DNA of 61,258 nt, the filler included, from Dugesia japonica (lineage: Eukaryota): the NCBI GenBank assembly GCA_001938525.1. It is 6 parts of 6 records of this genome, joined end to end, with 100 filler letters (N's around TTAATTAATTAA, not from the genome) between each part and the next. Parts side by side here need not be neighbours in the genome. Positions count along the whole stretch, not along the records: positions 33,386 to 43,264 come from MQRL01598193.1; positions 43,365 to 52,473 come from MQRL01615286.1; 4 more parts are not named here. One strand, given 5' to 3'. Every line of letters begins with the position of its first letter. Within the stretch, counting starts at the first letter, position 1. The notes beneath the pieces were generated by a model, which saw only the letters and a list, made by a program, of their open reading frames with translations, was not told the origin of the DNA and did not search any database. A program made the translations under genes and the position numbers. This document shows positions 37,869 through 51,500 of this stretch, piece by piece.

Positions 37869-38156
37869 CAGTGTTGTCCAAACTTTTTTGAGCCACGGCA
37901 CATTTGTCTGAATTAAAAATTTTCATGGCACACTAATTTTCTGCTTCAATAGCAATTTCTTATTGCACTTTTATTAAAGGTTTAAAATATTATTGCAAAC
38001 AAATAAATTTTGCACTTAATTGACCAATTAATATTTAAAATTTAAACAACCGTCAAAATATCCCTTATTCAACTTCCTTTAATTAAGTTGTCAGAAAAAC
38101 AGGTTATTTTTGACTTTATTTGAAAATTTTCGCGGCACACGGTTTGGACAACGCTG
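37869..38156. mobile_element. Buster/Charlie-type hAT MITE, 288 bp
   Basis: TIRs CAGTGTTGTCCAAAC / GTTTGGACAACGCTG; perfect 8-bp TSD ATCTAAAC (37861-37868, 38157-38164) with central TA. Confidence 0.92.
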
Positions 38157-40417
38157 ATCTAAACAGAAATTAGCTTTTCAACCGAATTTCCTATAAGATT
38201 TTCGAATAATTACGCAATATATGACATAATTATGGCGTAATTATGGTGAAATAATCATTATTGTGTAACTACTATTTAGTGGTTACGAAATAATATATGG
38301 TGGCATGATTATGTATTGATTATATAATAAACTGTATGTGAAAATCCGAAACAATGCATGACCACTGTATATTATCCAGTCAGTGTGGGAGTGGTGTTAA
38401 CGTGCTTTCCAATACTTTAAATTTAAATTTTAACTCGATAGTAATATCCGTAGTATCATTCCACATCTAACGATAAGAAATATGTCATGAAAACATGTAT
38501 TCTTCCTTTAAAAAGTCTAAATTACAAATTTTTATGCGTCTTTATGCCAGTGTGCTAGTATTTACCTACTGTAAACATACGTATTTTTTCACCACGAAGA
38601 AAGCGTTTTTCGATATGGGTTTTTAATATTGGTTTTGAGTCGAAAAATTAAAACTGACTTTCTAAGTAGATTTTCTCAATTTGTTGATCATATCGAAGGA
38701 GAAGTGCTTAATTAATGTATAGTCATTTTTTAATTCTTTATCGAATAGTTTCAAAACGGTATATTAAATATTGTNNGCTGCGTGTGGATTTTGTAAATTT
38801 TAGAACTTGAAAAATTTTTGTTTATGCATCCGACTCGTCACTAATGCGTATCATTTGATTCCGCATTCAGCGATACTAAGTTGATTGTCATTGCATTTCT
38901 CTATCTATCAGCTAAGAGTGGGGAAATTTCCCCAATGTCTTTATTATGAGAAGGAAGTATTTTTCGACAGTAGTCTTTTAAACATATATGTAATTTTTTA
39001 TTCTGATTAGAATAATACCAAATTCAAACCAATACAATAGTCATTGTCAAAAAAAATTCCATGTCAAAATTCGAAACTTCTGTGCTAATTTTCGACCCAT
39101 CAAAATCGCAATCAAATTTATTTTCTACTGAAATCTGTCGACCAATAAAATGCAAAACTATCAAGCCATTTTGCTGGAGGAGATAGGGGTTTGCTTAGTC
39201 CTGCACTGTCTACCTATGCCTAGCACAGGTTTTTTCTTATAAATAATGACTAAAATAATCAAGTTTGCTTTCTATAGATTTATTTTGAATAGTTACCTAA
39301 AATCATGATACCTCATGATATCATCTTTTGTCTGCAGAAAACAATAAACATTTTTGTAATCATTTATTTGTTTCGATCGACGTTTTAAATTGATCTTTTG
39401 GACTAAAGTCTTATTTTCCTATTATTTCTAGTGTATGCAGTATATTTTTAAAGTGATTTCTAGTTTAAAATGTAAATATATTATCATTGTCCTGTATTAC
39501 ACCTTTAAAATTAGCTGTTTAGTTTTCTCAGACTAATCTTAACAATTTGAAAATTTATTTTCATTTATTATCAAGCAACGTAATAAAATATTGGGATTCT
39601 ATTTATTGATACATACATAGTTATCGTTATTTATAATCTTTCCATAGATTATGTTTGTTTGGATATTTATTGCAAATTTATAACTAAAATGTTTAACTAG
39701 TTTGTGTTGAATAAATTTGTCCGAACGAACCTCTGAAAATCGATATCAGTGCATGCACTTAATGAAATATTTCTCAACCAAATCTAATTTTTTTTTTGTA
39801 ATTTAATACAATAAATTCAATAATTGAAAAGTAATAAACTTTTACTACAATTTCATATTATATCATTTGTTTAAATTGGCGCGTAATTGAAAATAAGATT
39901 TTTGAATTTTGCTCGTAAAAATATTCCATTGTGATACTTTTTAAACATTTTATCTCATTGAAATTCTATATATCGAAAAGCTATAATATCTCACTGAGAA
40001 AATTTGTCATGTCTTCATATTTTTTACAGTAAAAATGCAAATTTTCTACATAGTCAGTTAAAAAATGTAAGGTTTTCTTGTCAANNNNNNNNNNNNNNNN
40101 NNNNNNNNNNNNNNNNNNNNNAAAAAAACTATTAAATTTGATTAATGAATCAAATTCCATTACTTGATTTTATCTGGAGTAAATTATAGAAAAAAAATAG
40201 TACAGTGAACACCAACGAAATTAACATTAAAATTTATTTATCAATGACGTAATCTTTAACTGTTTATCACATTGAAGGCCGCTCTGTAAAATCGTATTTC
40301 TACATATGGACCGGCATATTTTTATTGTGAATTACTTATATTATTTTTTAATATTTTTTTAGTGTGCAATAATTTGAAGTAGACATTATTTAACCCCTTG
40401 ATTTATTTTAATTAAAA

Positions 40418-40592
40418 TGCTCACGGATGGTCACCTGGTTCCAACTTGGGGTACAAGCGGTCCTCAAGTAAAACATGTTCTGTGCCCACCCGTGAGCACG
40501 CGGGCCGGTAATGTTTTAGAGGAGTGACCCACCTGTGGGCGTGCTGTCTTCAACGTGTTACTCATGTTAGAACGTCAACCTTCTATTTTTTT
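40418..40592. other. GC-rich double-hairpin island, candidate structured RNA or small mobile element
   Basis: Stems TGCTCACGGATGGTCAC/GTGCCCACCCGTGAGCA, ACTTGGGG/CCTCAAGT, ATGTTTTAG/TTAGAACGT, GAGTGAC/GTTACTC; followed by a T-run. Confidence 0.45.
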
Positions 40593-41554
40593 GTTTAATT
40601 AAATGATCAATAAAAATTAAAACATTTTTTTAAAAATTGAGTTGTTACACAAAGTATTTATGTCTTTATGAGTACTTTTGGATTCATTTCGTATTACATA
40701 ATTATTTTCGATTTTGGTAAAAGAGTAAAAATCTTGGTGAAAATTTGAGTTTCCACTNNNNNNNNNNNNNNNNNNNNNNNNNNNNNNNNNNNNNNNNNNN
40801 NNNNNNNNNNNNNNNNNNNNNNNNNNNNNNNNNNNNNNNNNNNNNNNNNNNNATTGTCAATGGAAGCTGCTTATTGTGATCACTTTGGGTACCTGTAACT
40901 TATAATTTTGTAACCAATAACCAACTGATCCATTAAAAGAAAGAGAGAATTATTATCCAATACTAAAGATTATATTATTGTCTTTATTAAAACAAAATTT
41001 ATTTGAAAAAATCATGATTCTATATATGTTATGTGTTTGTTGGTTTGAGATATTTTAAACATTGCGATTTTTTAGTTCATTATATTATTTGTGATTTTTA
41101 ATATAAAAAGTTATTTATTTAAATTTATTAAAAATCGCTACTTTTTTGTAAATCCATGTTTGTTTAAATATTTCTGAATTTCAAATTTCAAACTATTTTG
41201 TGTATTTGTTAGTTTTTAAATAAAATTGTTGGGCTGGAAAACCGAAATTACTCGAGGTAATAAAGGAATAGAGAGTAGCGAAAATGGGTAAAATGACAAA
41301 GGATAGACACAAAATTGATGAACTGGACCAAAAATATTATCAAGAGAATCGTTGTAATTATTATTATTATTATGTAATTATTATTATTATATTTATGAGG
41401 AGAGTATTATAAAATAACGAAACAAATTGGTCAGGAAAGACCCAAATTTTATGTTACAAAACTGAAAATAATATCAGAAGGAAGGAAAAGAAGAACGTAA
41501 TAATTAAAATAAACTACAATATTATAATATTATATTAAAAAGGTCTCTACGACC

Positions 41555-42183
41555 TGTTATATTTATTATATTAATGGATATTATCCATTTGATATTAATT
41601 ATTATTATAATTCCGACTGGTCCAGTCATCAGTCCTTGTCTAGCTGATGAAAAATAACACGGAAATAATCAGCAAATTAGCTGAATTATCCCTTGCTAGA
41701 CAAGGACTTTCTCTTAGTAACAAGCAGAGGTCACACGAGGTGACTGGAAAATAATTCAGTGCAAAAAGTTGGTGTACACCAACTATTGATGACGCAGTGT
41801 AAAGAGAAGATGGCACACAAACTACACCAATCATCTAATCGCATTGAGTGAAAATTGCAGATGATTGGCCGGCTAATGAGAAGTCACATCTGGAGAGAGA
41901 AAAGTCGAATAAAAGGGAGTTCACTTGTAAAAATGGGCAGAGTTTTAGTTTTATTTTGAAAAATTTAAAAGGCTAATTATTGTTCCGGAAGTTTTATTTT
42001 GCAAAATTTAAAAGGATAATTATTGTTTGAAAATATTTTATTAACAAAAAGGAAAATTCTTTCTAAAGAATATTTTGCGGAGACAATTGCTTAAAATTCT
42101 AAAGAACGACACTTTTGGAGAAACCAGATCGATCAATTGGAAAAGAAAAACACAATCGAAGTAAAAATTATTTATATTTTTCA
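41555..42183 (+). repeat. Probable LTR (TG...CA followed by TTGG), sharing blocks with the 11.0-11.5 kb repeat
   Basis: TGTTATATT start; AATAAA; TTTTATTAACAAAA.GG and AAAATTCTAAAGAA are shared with about 11270-11325. Confidence 0.35.
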
Positions 42184-45099
42184 TTGGTAATAATTATAAT
42201 AATCGAGTGCCATTCCCAGAAATTGTCTCCTCGAATGACCGGGCTCTTGGAAAAATATCCAAATATTATACGAGAAATAAAGTTGGGATAATGACAGTTA
42301 ATTCAGCCTGGACGAAATAAGCGAAAAGTTATGAAGATGTTGAGTGTAGTAGACACAAGTTAGGTGGATGTTAAGTTATATGTGGATATGAGAGATATCT
42401 GGGCAGAAAAGAAGCCAATATGCTGATAATGATAAGCTCGGAAGGAAAAGGAAGGTGAATTGGGTTACAATTTAGCAGAGAGTAGGCGAATGTTCAAAAG
42501 AGGAACAGTGGAAGAGCTCGGTCAGTCATGCGGAGTTGGATAATAATGACTTTGCAGATTTTATGAATTATGTTCTGCTCGTTTCGTTACAGTTAAATTT
42601 GTTTTGGTTCCTTAATTATAAAACTTTATTAAACTTTATATTAAGGAATTATATCTATTTGAAGAATTTTTAGCTATATTTTTCTCGTTACAGTTAATTT
42701 TGTTTTGGTTCTTTACTTATGAAACTTTATTAAACTTTATATTAATAAGTTATATCTTTTATGCAATCTGAAGAATTTTCAGCTGTATCTTTTCGTTATA
42801 GTTGGATTTTTCTTTTGTATTAAAGTTATTAATGTCCATGTCAGGAAGTAGTCATTTTGAATCATACATGAATCAAATTAACTTGCTGTGGATTATATTT
42901 TTGAGCAGTCTGGAAAGTTAGGCTATAGCTTTTCGTTATAGAGAAAATTTTGAGAATGCCATTTTATTAACGTCCGTATTACGTACTAATTATTCAGACT
43001 TATAAATCTTCAATCTAATTTGTAGTGGCTTATATTTTAAATCCAATTTAATAGATAATTTTTGCAACTAAGTATTATCGTTGCTCAGTGATTCAATATA
43101 TTTTACGCTATTCATATAGGAAGTAAAGTCAAGTTAGCCATTTAGGGAAGTCTTAACAGAGCTTGAAGGTGACGGGAACGAGAAAAGATGCTTGCGAATA
43201 TTGGTCATCTCTGGTTCGCGTCATGAAGCGGGGGAGAGGTAATGATAGGCCACAGGCCGAAGAANNNNNNNNNNNNNNNNNNNNNNNNNNNNNNNNNNNN
43301 NNNNNNNNTTAATTAATTAANNNNNNNNNNNNNNNNNNNNNNNNNNNNNNNNNNNNNNNNNNNNTAAAAATCTTCTCGTAAAATTTTATTTTAATCTACT
43401 ATTATTAATTCTGATATTTATTCTAAATTATTATTCTTCCCCGACTCAATCTGTCTATTTAATTTACCTCACAATCATAAAGAAAGTTGAAAATCCAACG
43501 AATACAAGTGTATGGATCGATGAGAAATGTTTTAATAAGAAGCATAATTGAAATTTAATCGAGAAACAGAAATGCTAAAATATAAAAAGCAGAATTTAAA
43601 TTAAAAATGAGAAATAGAAGTGAGATAGATTAACATACGAAATCGATTAAAATTGAAAGGAGCAAGGCGAAGTTAAGGAGCTCTGACATAGTTGCGGGTT
43701 TTATGAAGTTGCTATCAACCTTGTGTTTTGTATTTCTTTTTATTTTTTTACATAGATGTTATTTATTTAAATGCTCTAAATCTAAAAATATGTATTATTT
43801 TATTGATCAGTTCGTTATGTATGGCCAGTGAATCTGCAAATTGAATGTCAAATTGTTGACAAGTCAGTTATACTGGACAAGACAAATGTTGTCCAAAAAC
43901 ATCCGAAGAGTGTAAAACGCGATTCCGCAATAAACGGATGACTTAATAATATTATATAATACAAAATAATAATAACGGACAACCCTTGTATCTTTCAATA
44001 CTTTTGTAAATTTTACATTTTTAATAGCATTATGCAGTGTTGAAGCCTATCAATTGTTTTGTTATGAATCATTCAGACTGGTTGATGAGTTGTACGATGA
44101 GTAATTAATTGGCGTAATTTTTATTATAATTATACTTATTTTATTATTTTAATGAATAATTATTTTATTATACATTATAATTCACGTGGTGAAGAAAACA
44201 TTCAGAATATTTCTCTAAAAAAATATTTTTTAATGATTTTTTATTTTCTAAATAGCCATATTTATTTTTTAAATGCCACATTTAAAGGTTAATAAGTGAG
44301 AAAAATGGACCACCCTAATAATTAATAAAAATACAATTCAAAATCTATGGAAATCTCTAAATCTTCAAGTAAAAATGATAAAATTAATTATCACACTGCT
44401 GCTCCTGCTTCTATTGAAAGACAAATGACCCTAGACGATTATTTAGGAGTCCAGATATCTAAAGATCTATTATTAAAGAAAATGATGAATACTTCCTTCA
44501 ATATAATGTAAATAGCGCAAAAAAACTATTTTCTTTTATATTTCCTAAGAAACAGAAAACTTAGTAGTAAGAACAGCAAACCCAATCAAATTCTGAAAAT
44601 CGAGCAGTCAAAATCGAAATTAGGTTAAATTTTATGGATTCTCCTCTGGGAAATGTGGCTTAAAAATAATAGCCCTATGTACAATGCTTTCAATGAAATA
44701 CATCACTATGATATAGGTGGAAAACATCAACTTATGGTTAACAATCAATTGACTGATAACAAGAAACTCTAAGCAACCTTTTAGTTGAAGAGAAGCTTTC
44801 TGAATTTGAATTAAAATCTTCCTCTGAATATTGGACTAAGCTTGGCATGTCTCGATCAATGCCATCAGCGAGCCGCTCCGTATTTTTTCCTCGCTTCAAG
44901 AAGATGCTGGTTTATTTATTCTTGTCTTTTCTTTGGATATTTGTCTGATTCTATGTAGCATGTATAATCTTTCTGATTGATTATTCTTGGGGTTTTTTTT
45001 ACAAATTTGCCATTCCGATGGCTTATTTTCTCATTTTTCATATTGTTTCAACTCTGCCGACATCCCTTGGGGCAATTTAAGACTCGGTTTCCAACTTTT

Positions 45100-45560
45100 C
45101 TTCATTTTAATTCAATCATAGTTTACCCTTAATCACAATATTCTTAACTTAATTTTGTTATTNTTTGCTTCAATCACAATTTCTTAATTTACCTTTAATC
45201 ATAATATTCCTCATTTACTTTATTCCATATTCTTAATGCATTTTAATTTTATTATTTTTAATCTATTTTACTTCCAATATTTTTAAATTACTTTAATTTA
45301 CTTTCAATCACAATATCATTAATTTAATTTTATTGTAATCATAATAACCTTAATTTACTTTAATCTAATCATAATGTTCTTAATTTGCTTTAATTTTATT
45401 CTTATATTCTTTCTTTAGCTTAATTTCGTTATTATTTAATTTATTTTAATTCCAGCATTTTTGATTCGCTTTAATCACAGTATTCTTAGTTTACTTTAAT
45501 TTCATTATTTCATTACTCTTTTTCTTAAGTTATTTTAATTCGCAAATTCTTAATTTACAT
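45100..45560. repeat. Degenerate AT-rich minisatellite
   Basis: Repeated TTAATCA(C/T)AATATTCTTAATTTACTT-like units. Confidence 0.6.
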
Positions 45561-45591
45561 TACTTTCATTGATTCTAATTTTTTTCAAGTT

Positions 45592-45952
45592 TGTGTGAGT
45601 ATGTTTTGAAAAGCGAGTTGAAACTTTTGTGTGATTGGTGATCATTTTTTATATTTTATTTAAAAATGTTTTAAATTATAAATGTAAATTTTAAATAACG
45701 AAAATTTAGTTTAAAATTTAATTGACAGTTAATTAAAAAATAGGATTTCGAAATAAACGAAAATTTAGTTAAATTATTTTTTTAAAATAACTTAATGAAT
45801 TTTAAATAATTTGAAAAATGATCACCAATTAAAACACGGGGTTATAACTTGTTTGAATAAACAAATAGTGTTGGATATAGTCTTTATTTGAAATAAATTT
45901 TATGCAGTTGAATTTTGATGTTAATAATCTGAGTTTTCAAAACTCATCTATC
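45592..45952 (+). repeat. Dispersed repeat, probable solo LTR (family copy at 10986-11532)
   Basis: Same conserved blocks as 10986-11532. Confidence 0.55.
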
Positions 45953-46019
45953 AATTTGTTTAATCGTTATAATTTAATATTTTTAGTTTCGTTTATGAGC
46001 CTTACTAACGATCGAACGA

Positions 46020-46397
46020 CACGTGCGCAACATATGGCCCGCAAACCAGATGTATTTAGATATTCTATCAAGCCCGCGAAGTCTGAAAATTTTCCATTAT
46101 TTCTTTAACAAATTATATTTTATAATATCTTGAGAATAATAAATGTTTTTATATAAACACGTGTCTATTTGTACTTGATTTATACATAGGTCTTTGTTAT
46201 AATTACTTTGAAACATTTATGTTAAAATAAATATTTCATCGTTTAATAAAATTAACTAAAATTTTAATGTCAACTCTTAGATCTGCACTATAAAATATTA
46301 AGCTAATTATGTAAATATAATACATATAAAAACGTTTTTTTGTAAGTGAAAAATAAGCTCAATTTTATCCCGCAAGATGTAAACGTTGTCCACACTG
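46020..46397. mobile_element. Degenerate hAT MITE
   Basis: Right end AACGTTGTCCACACTG; left region has GGCCCGC subterminal motifs; no clean TSD. Confidence 0.45.
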
Positions 46398-48209
46398 GTT
46401 TTATACAATCGAACCCAATATGTTTCTGACAGCAACTTTTTCTAAATTTACACCGTTCATTTCTCCCGCTTTTTCGAAAAAGAAGACTTCACATGCGAAT
46501 TTGGCAACAAGTTCATAAACTGCGATATTTCTTTCCTTCCTGACATTCCCTGTCAAAACTTTCTTAGACATTAAGAAGATTGCGTAGCATCTTTCTGGAG
46601 AAGGATAAAATGTTGGGTTTACATAAAGCAAATAAAACAATCAAATTCGATATATGTAATGCAATGTCATTACAAGTCCCCAGAGGCAATATCCAACAAA
46701 TCTAATAATTAAAAACGTCCATTTTGTGTAAAATATTTATCAAACTTTTTGTTTTTTTGAAAACATTATGAACATGATTATTGATCTTATAGACATCGAC
46801 GATTACCATTGAGAGTTTATATTATCATTATATATTACTATTTCATCTTTTTGTACATTACTTTATTTTTTAGTTTAAAATTTTATTCTAATTGAATAAG
46901 AATTTGTAATTATAAATTTTGATTATGGATTATAATTATGATTATAGTTTATGATTAATTTAAGTTAATCTATAATTAATTTATAATTATTTTCGAATTA
47001 GGTTAATTACATTATCTTTAATCAAGATGAATTTGAAATTTATCACTATATTATAAATTTTTCGACATCTACTATTATGAAAACTCCAGGGCAAATACAG
47101 AGGCGTTGGTCGCCATATTAGGTAAATTAAACATATCACAAGTTTCCATTCAAAATTTATTTAATATTACAAAGTTGTGTTAAATTTACAAATTTTAAAA
47201 ATGTTAAATTATTTAATTTAATTAATTTAAAGGTTAACTACAAATTTCAAAATTTTAATTTGATTTATGTAGGTACAACCTACATCAATTTTGATCAATA
47301 NNNNNNNNNNNNNNNNNNNNNNNNNNNNNNNNNNNNNNNNNNNNNNNNNNNNNNNNNNNNNNNNNNNNNNNNNNNNNNNNNNNNNNNNNNNNNNNNNNNN
47401 NNNNNNNNNNNNNNNNNNNNNNNNNNNNNNNNNAATTTTGTTTTTATTTTTTTAACGTTTTACAAAGTCGATATTCCAATTTTTCAACAAATTTAGAAAT
47501 CAATTATCAATTTTTTTTAATAGTGATATAATAATTTGTCAAAGATTACATTATTACTTGTTGTTTTAAAATTATGATTTTTCAAATTTAGACATTTTAT
47601 TGCAGTAATTTCCAATTGTAACATATTTAGAAATTACTTGTTTTTTGTGAAAAAATTTACGCGCCTTTGAATCAATTTTTATTACTTCTTTTTTATACGT
47701 GGTGAGAAACCATTAGACTCATCATTAGTTATCTTTGACGGCGGTATTGTATTACCGATTATACTTATGTATAAACGGTTATCGTTTGGAGAAACAGTAA
47801 AAACTTACGCACCTCGAGTTATTTTATTGTAATTTTTATCTAAAACCAGCAGCTGTAAATTTCATTATTTATTNAAGTTTTTTATAAAAGCAAAGGATTA
47901 TTTTTGTTACTCAATTTATTGTTGATATTTTAAAATCATTTAAACGTTTACTAATTTATATTTAATATTTTTTCTAAACAAAGTAAATCTTATTCTCACT
48001 AGGATTCAAACAAAATGATGATAATCCATAATATTCATACAAAATAATTCATACCTTTAAAAATAAAATAAATTTTATAAATATCATTTTTAAAAATCTG
48101 TAATAGGATAAATTTTAACAAAACATATTTAATATATTTTAATAAATTTCAAATTAAATTTTAATACACTTAAATAAATTTCAATAAAAATTTATATACA
48201 CCCTATTAT

Positions 48210-48526
48210 ACGCTCGATATAACACCCTTGGATTTTTTCTTGTGAGGGTATGTCAAAGATACTGTATATCGGACTAAGTTAATGGATATAACTGATCTGA
48301 AACGAAGATTAACTAACGCTATGGACGTCATCTATGAAGACATGCTAAGAACATGAGTAGAGATTGCTTATCGCTTAGATATCACCCGTGCAACAAATGG
48401 GGAACATATAGAAATTTTAAATGGACTAAAAACTTTATTAATCAATGTTTCTACACAATATATTTCAAGAGTATTCTAGTATATATCCAACCTTAGTAAA
48501 TTGTCTAAAGACTTTTTGAACACCCA
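48210..48526 (+). mobile_element. rosa/Tc3-like transposase C-terminal remnant
   Basis: DITPLDFFL*GYVKDTVY...ITDLKRR...RLDITRATNGEHIE; TIR-like TTTTGAACACCC. Confidence 0.75.
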
Positions 48527-51500
48527 ATTAATTTTCATACACATTTTACTGTTGCTTCATCGGCAAATAATGAAATGCACTTTATTTCAATTCATCTACT
48601 GATTACCAATTGGAGCACGACCATCTACTGTCACGCAACATAGTAATAACTTCATAATAACTTGAATTATGAAGATTTACAAGTTATTTAGCAAATTACA
48701 AATGAATAACCAAAGTTACTTTTAAAAATTTTTGTTGCTTTTCTACTGGGGAAAATTTATTTATTAAAATTTATTAATCAACTATATTAGCTTTAACGTA
48801 AAAGCTTTAAAGATTTGTAAAATTTATCTTCTGCCTATTTTTTCTTTGCATTCGCGTTTTATCATTTCACGATTATTGATGAACGTACTTTCATTAGTCT
48901 GCCAATCATTTTCGTTTATACCGAATTTTATTAATTACTTTTATATATATATATATATATATATATACTTTGAAACGTCATTTAAATATATTTTTGTATA
49001 ACATTTTATGACAGAATAACTGTCCTCTTCGGATACAATAATTTAATTCTTTTTTGAAAATTCTTTATTGAAACAATATTTATTTCATTTTTATAAATAA
49101 AAAAATTGTGATTATGTAAACAATTATGCAATCTCACCAATAAATCAAATTAATTAAAAACATTCAAGAAAGATTTGGAAATGTTGGGGAAGATGCAAAC
49201 CAAAATTAATTATACATACACATGCACGCATTCACAACAAAACATAAAACACATAATAATCAATTCAATATTCTAATGAATCAACCAACTCAAAACCAAG
49301 CCGAATCAATCCAATTCAACTAGACTTAATTAAATAATTGCAAGAACATTATCCTTATTATTTGATTTTGATCACATCCATTTTTCTGATCTTGAACTCT
49401 TATTTTGATTTGTATTTATTAACTATTATGATTCAATTCTCTAATTTCTTTTTACAACTATCTGTTAACATATTGATTTATTTTAAACGAAAGAAAATTG
49501 TCTTAATAAATATGTACTTGATTTATTTTATTGTCAGTAGAATTTATTGATTTTCTACAATTCTATGTTTATTTTCTGGATTTTATTTTATGCGAATATA
49601 TAAAAGAACTTTATTGATTTTCTTTAACACATTTTTATCAAAAAATGTTTTATTTAATTTTTATAAATGACACACAGGCCTTAGAATAAATTAAAAACAT
49701 TAATTAAGGCAATGTATTTTAGTTGATTTTCGCCTTCTAAATTCTGTATAAAAGTATGTTTCCTATGTAGAAACACAACTTAAGGAAAACTTTTCTTTGT
49801 ATAACGCAATTATATATTTAAAAAATAAAAACATTTTAATAATATACAATTTACTAAAATAATTTAAAAATAAAGTTTAAAAAAAACATTCCCAACATTA
49901 GCACGGATAATCGAAAGTGCACTGTATAACTATTTCTCACCACGGATATTAATTAATGTAATATTATTCATTATTTCTTCTAAACAAGGAAATATAAACA
50001 ATTATTGCTTGTTCGAAATGTTATAGAAAGAATAAAATAAACAGTTAATTTCTCCTTTATAATATTTTGTTTTGTTTTCTTACAAGGTTTTTAATGTTTT
50101 ATTGTTACATATACATACTACTTAAAGTATAGTAACTCATTACTAGCTAGACCACCAAAGATGTTGGAAAATATAAAAGAAATCATTTTTAATTGTTTTG
50201 ATGTACATAGAATTGGTTCAGAAGTTGAAGCAATACGGTACAACATAGTTGATTTTTTTTATTGATTTATCTTATTAGTAAATTGAACAGATATGTATCT
50301 TAATTATAAGAAAATTATCCTCTGATAAAATAATATTATTATAGAAGCAATTCGGAGCACTTTATAGATTTAAAAAAAATAATATCAACCTTCGAATGAA
50401 AAGGATATTTTCCAAAAAAAGTTCGTTCGTTGCTGAAATGAACGACTAATTTTTTAATAACTAAATACGGGCAAAAACGTGGATGAGTGTTATAAATGAA
50501 AAATAAATTTGAAAGTTCAGTCTACATTGAAAAATATCAGTGAAAATTTGGTTTTGTACAAAATCGAATGAAACTGAAAATTTTGTTTCAGTCATGGAGA
50601 ATCTGTGAATTTAGAATATAAAAAACAAAAAAATATTGTAAAAATTCAGATAACTAACTTTTAAATAAATAAAGATGTCAAATGTACAATACTTCAGCAT
50701 AAAAATTTGTTTACAATTTTTTTTGTATTACATGCTTGATTAATGAAATATGTAAAGATAAATGTAAAAAAATTGAATTAAAAAAAAATTTTTTTTAACG
50801 ATTTCAGTAATATCTTAATAAAAAAATACTTCGTCAGCACTTTATTCAGAATGTATTAGTTAATAAAAATAAAGATATTTTACGAAACTGTACTAAAGGA
50901 ATAGAAAAGAAAAAATGAACATGGTATGAAAATAACCTCGAAGTACAAAATTTTTGTTGAGAAGACGACCTTAGAATGAAGTTTTATATTTTCGAAATTA
51001 ATTCCTGGAATTAACTTTTTCTCGGTCAATGAAGAAGAAACCAGATTACATATATTAAAAGGTAAAATTACAATAAAACGCAGCGACAATAATTAGAAAG
51101 TTTTCGTAGTGGAGAATCTTAAAGAGTGGTTTGACATCTTTAGTTCGTATGGAAAAGAGAGTGAGTCTAGGGTAAAAAACAAACCATACATAAATTATCA
51201 ATTCAAGTAGCAGAGTGATCAATAGTCCAACATCAATACAAGCAAGCAGATCAGTTACCCAATTTGATCTGATTTTATATTTTATTATTTCGGCTTACAA
51301 TATATAATTAAATTTTATCGATTACTCGTATAAATGTTTATAACTGTAATATAATATGACGGATATTCAACGGAAATAATAATATTGTGTATTTTGTTTA
51401 ATGGATTATTTTGGTAAAGCTTAATTGATTACTCCGGTCATTTTATTAAATTGATAAATCTCTGATTAGAAAAGTATATTTTGTTTAATTAATTATTGAT

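Noticed and set aside
38375-38445. tRNA or SINE head-like GTGTGGGAGTGGTGTTAACGTGC
   Set aside because: No B-box or cloverleaf can be built.
40440-40470. Minus-strand GAGGACCGCTTG resembling SRP/7SL Alu-domain sequence
   Set aside because: Short match only; no SRP S-domain motifs nearby.
49338-51089. Short AT-rich ORFs here and at 4279, 5334, 6643, 37219, 45902, 58895, 59234
   Set aside because: Low-complexity F/I/K/L/N composition expected by chance in AT-rich DNA; no motifs.
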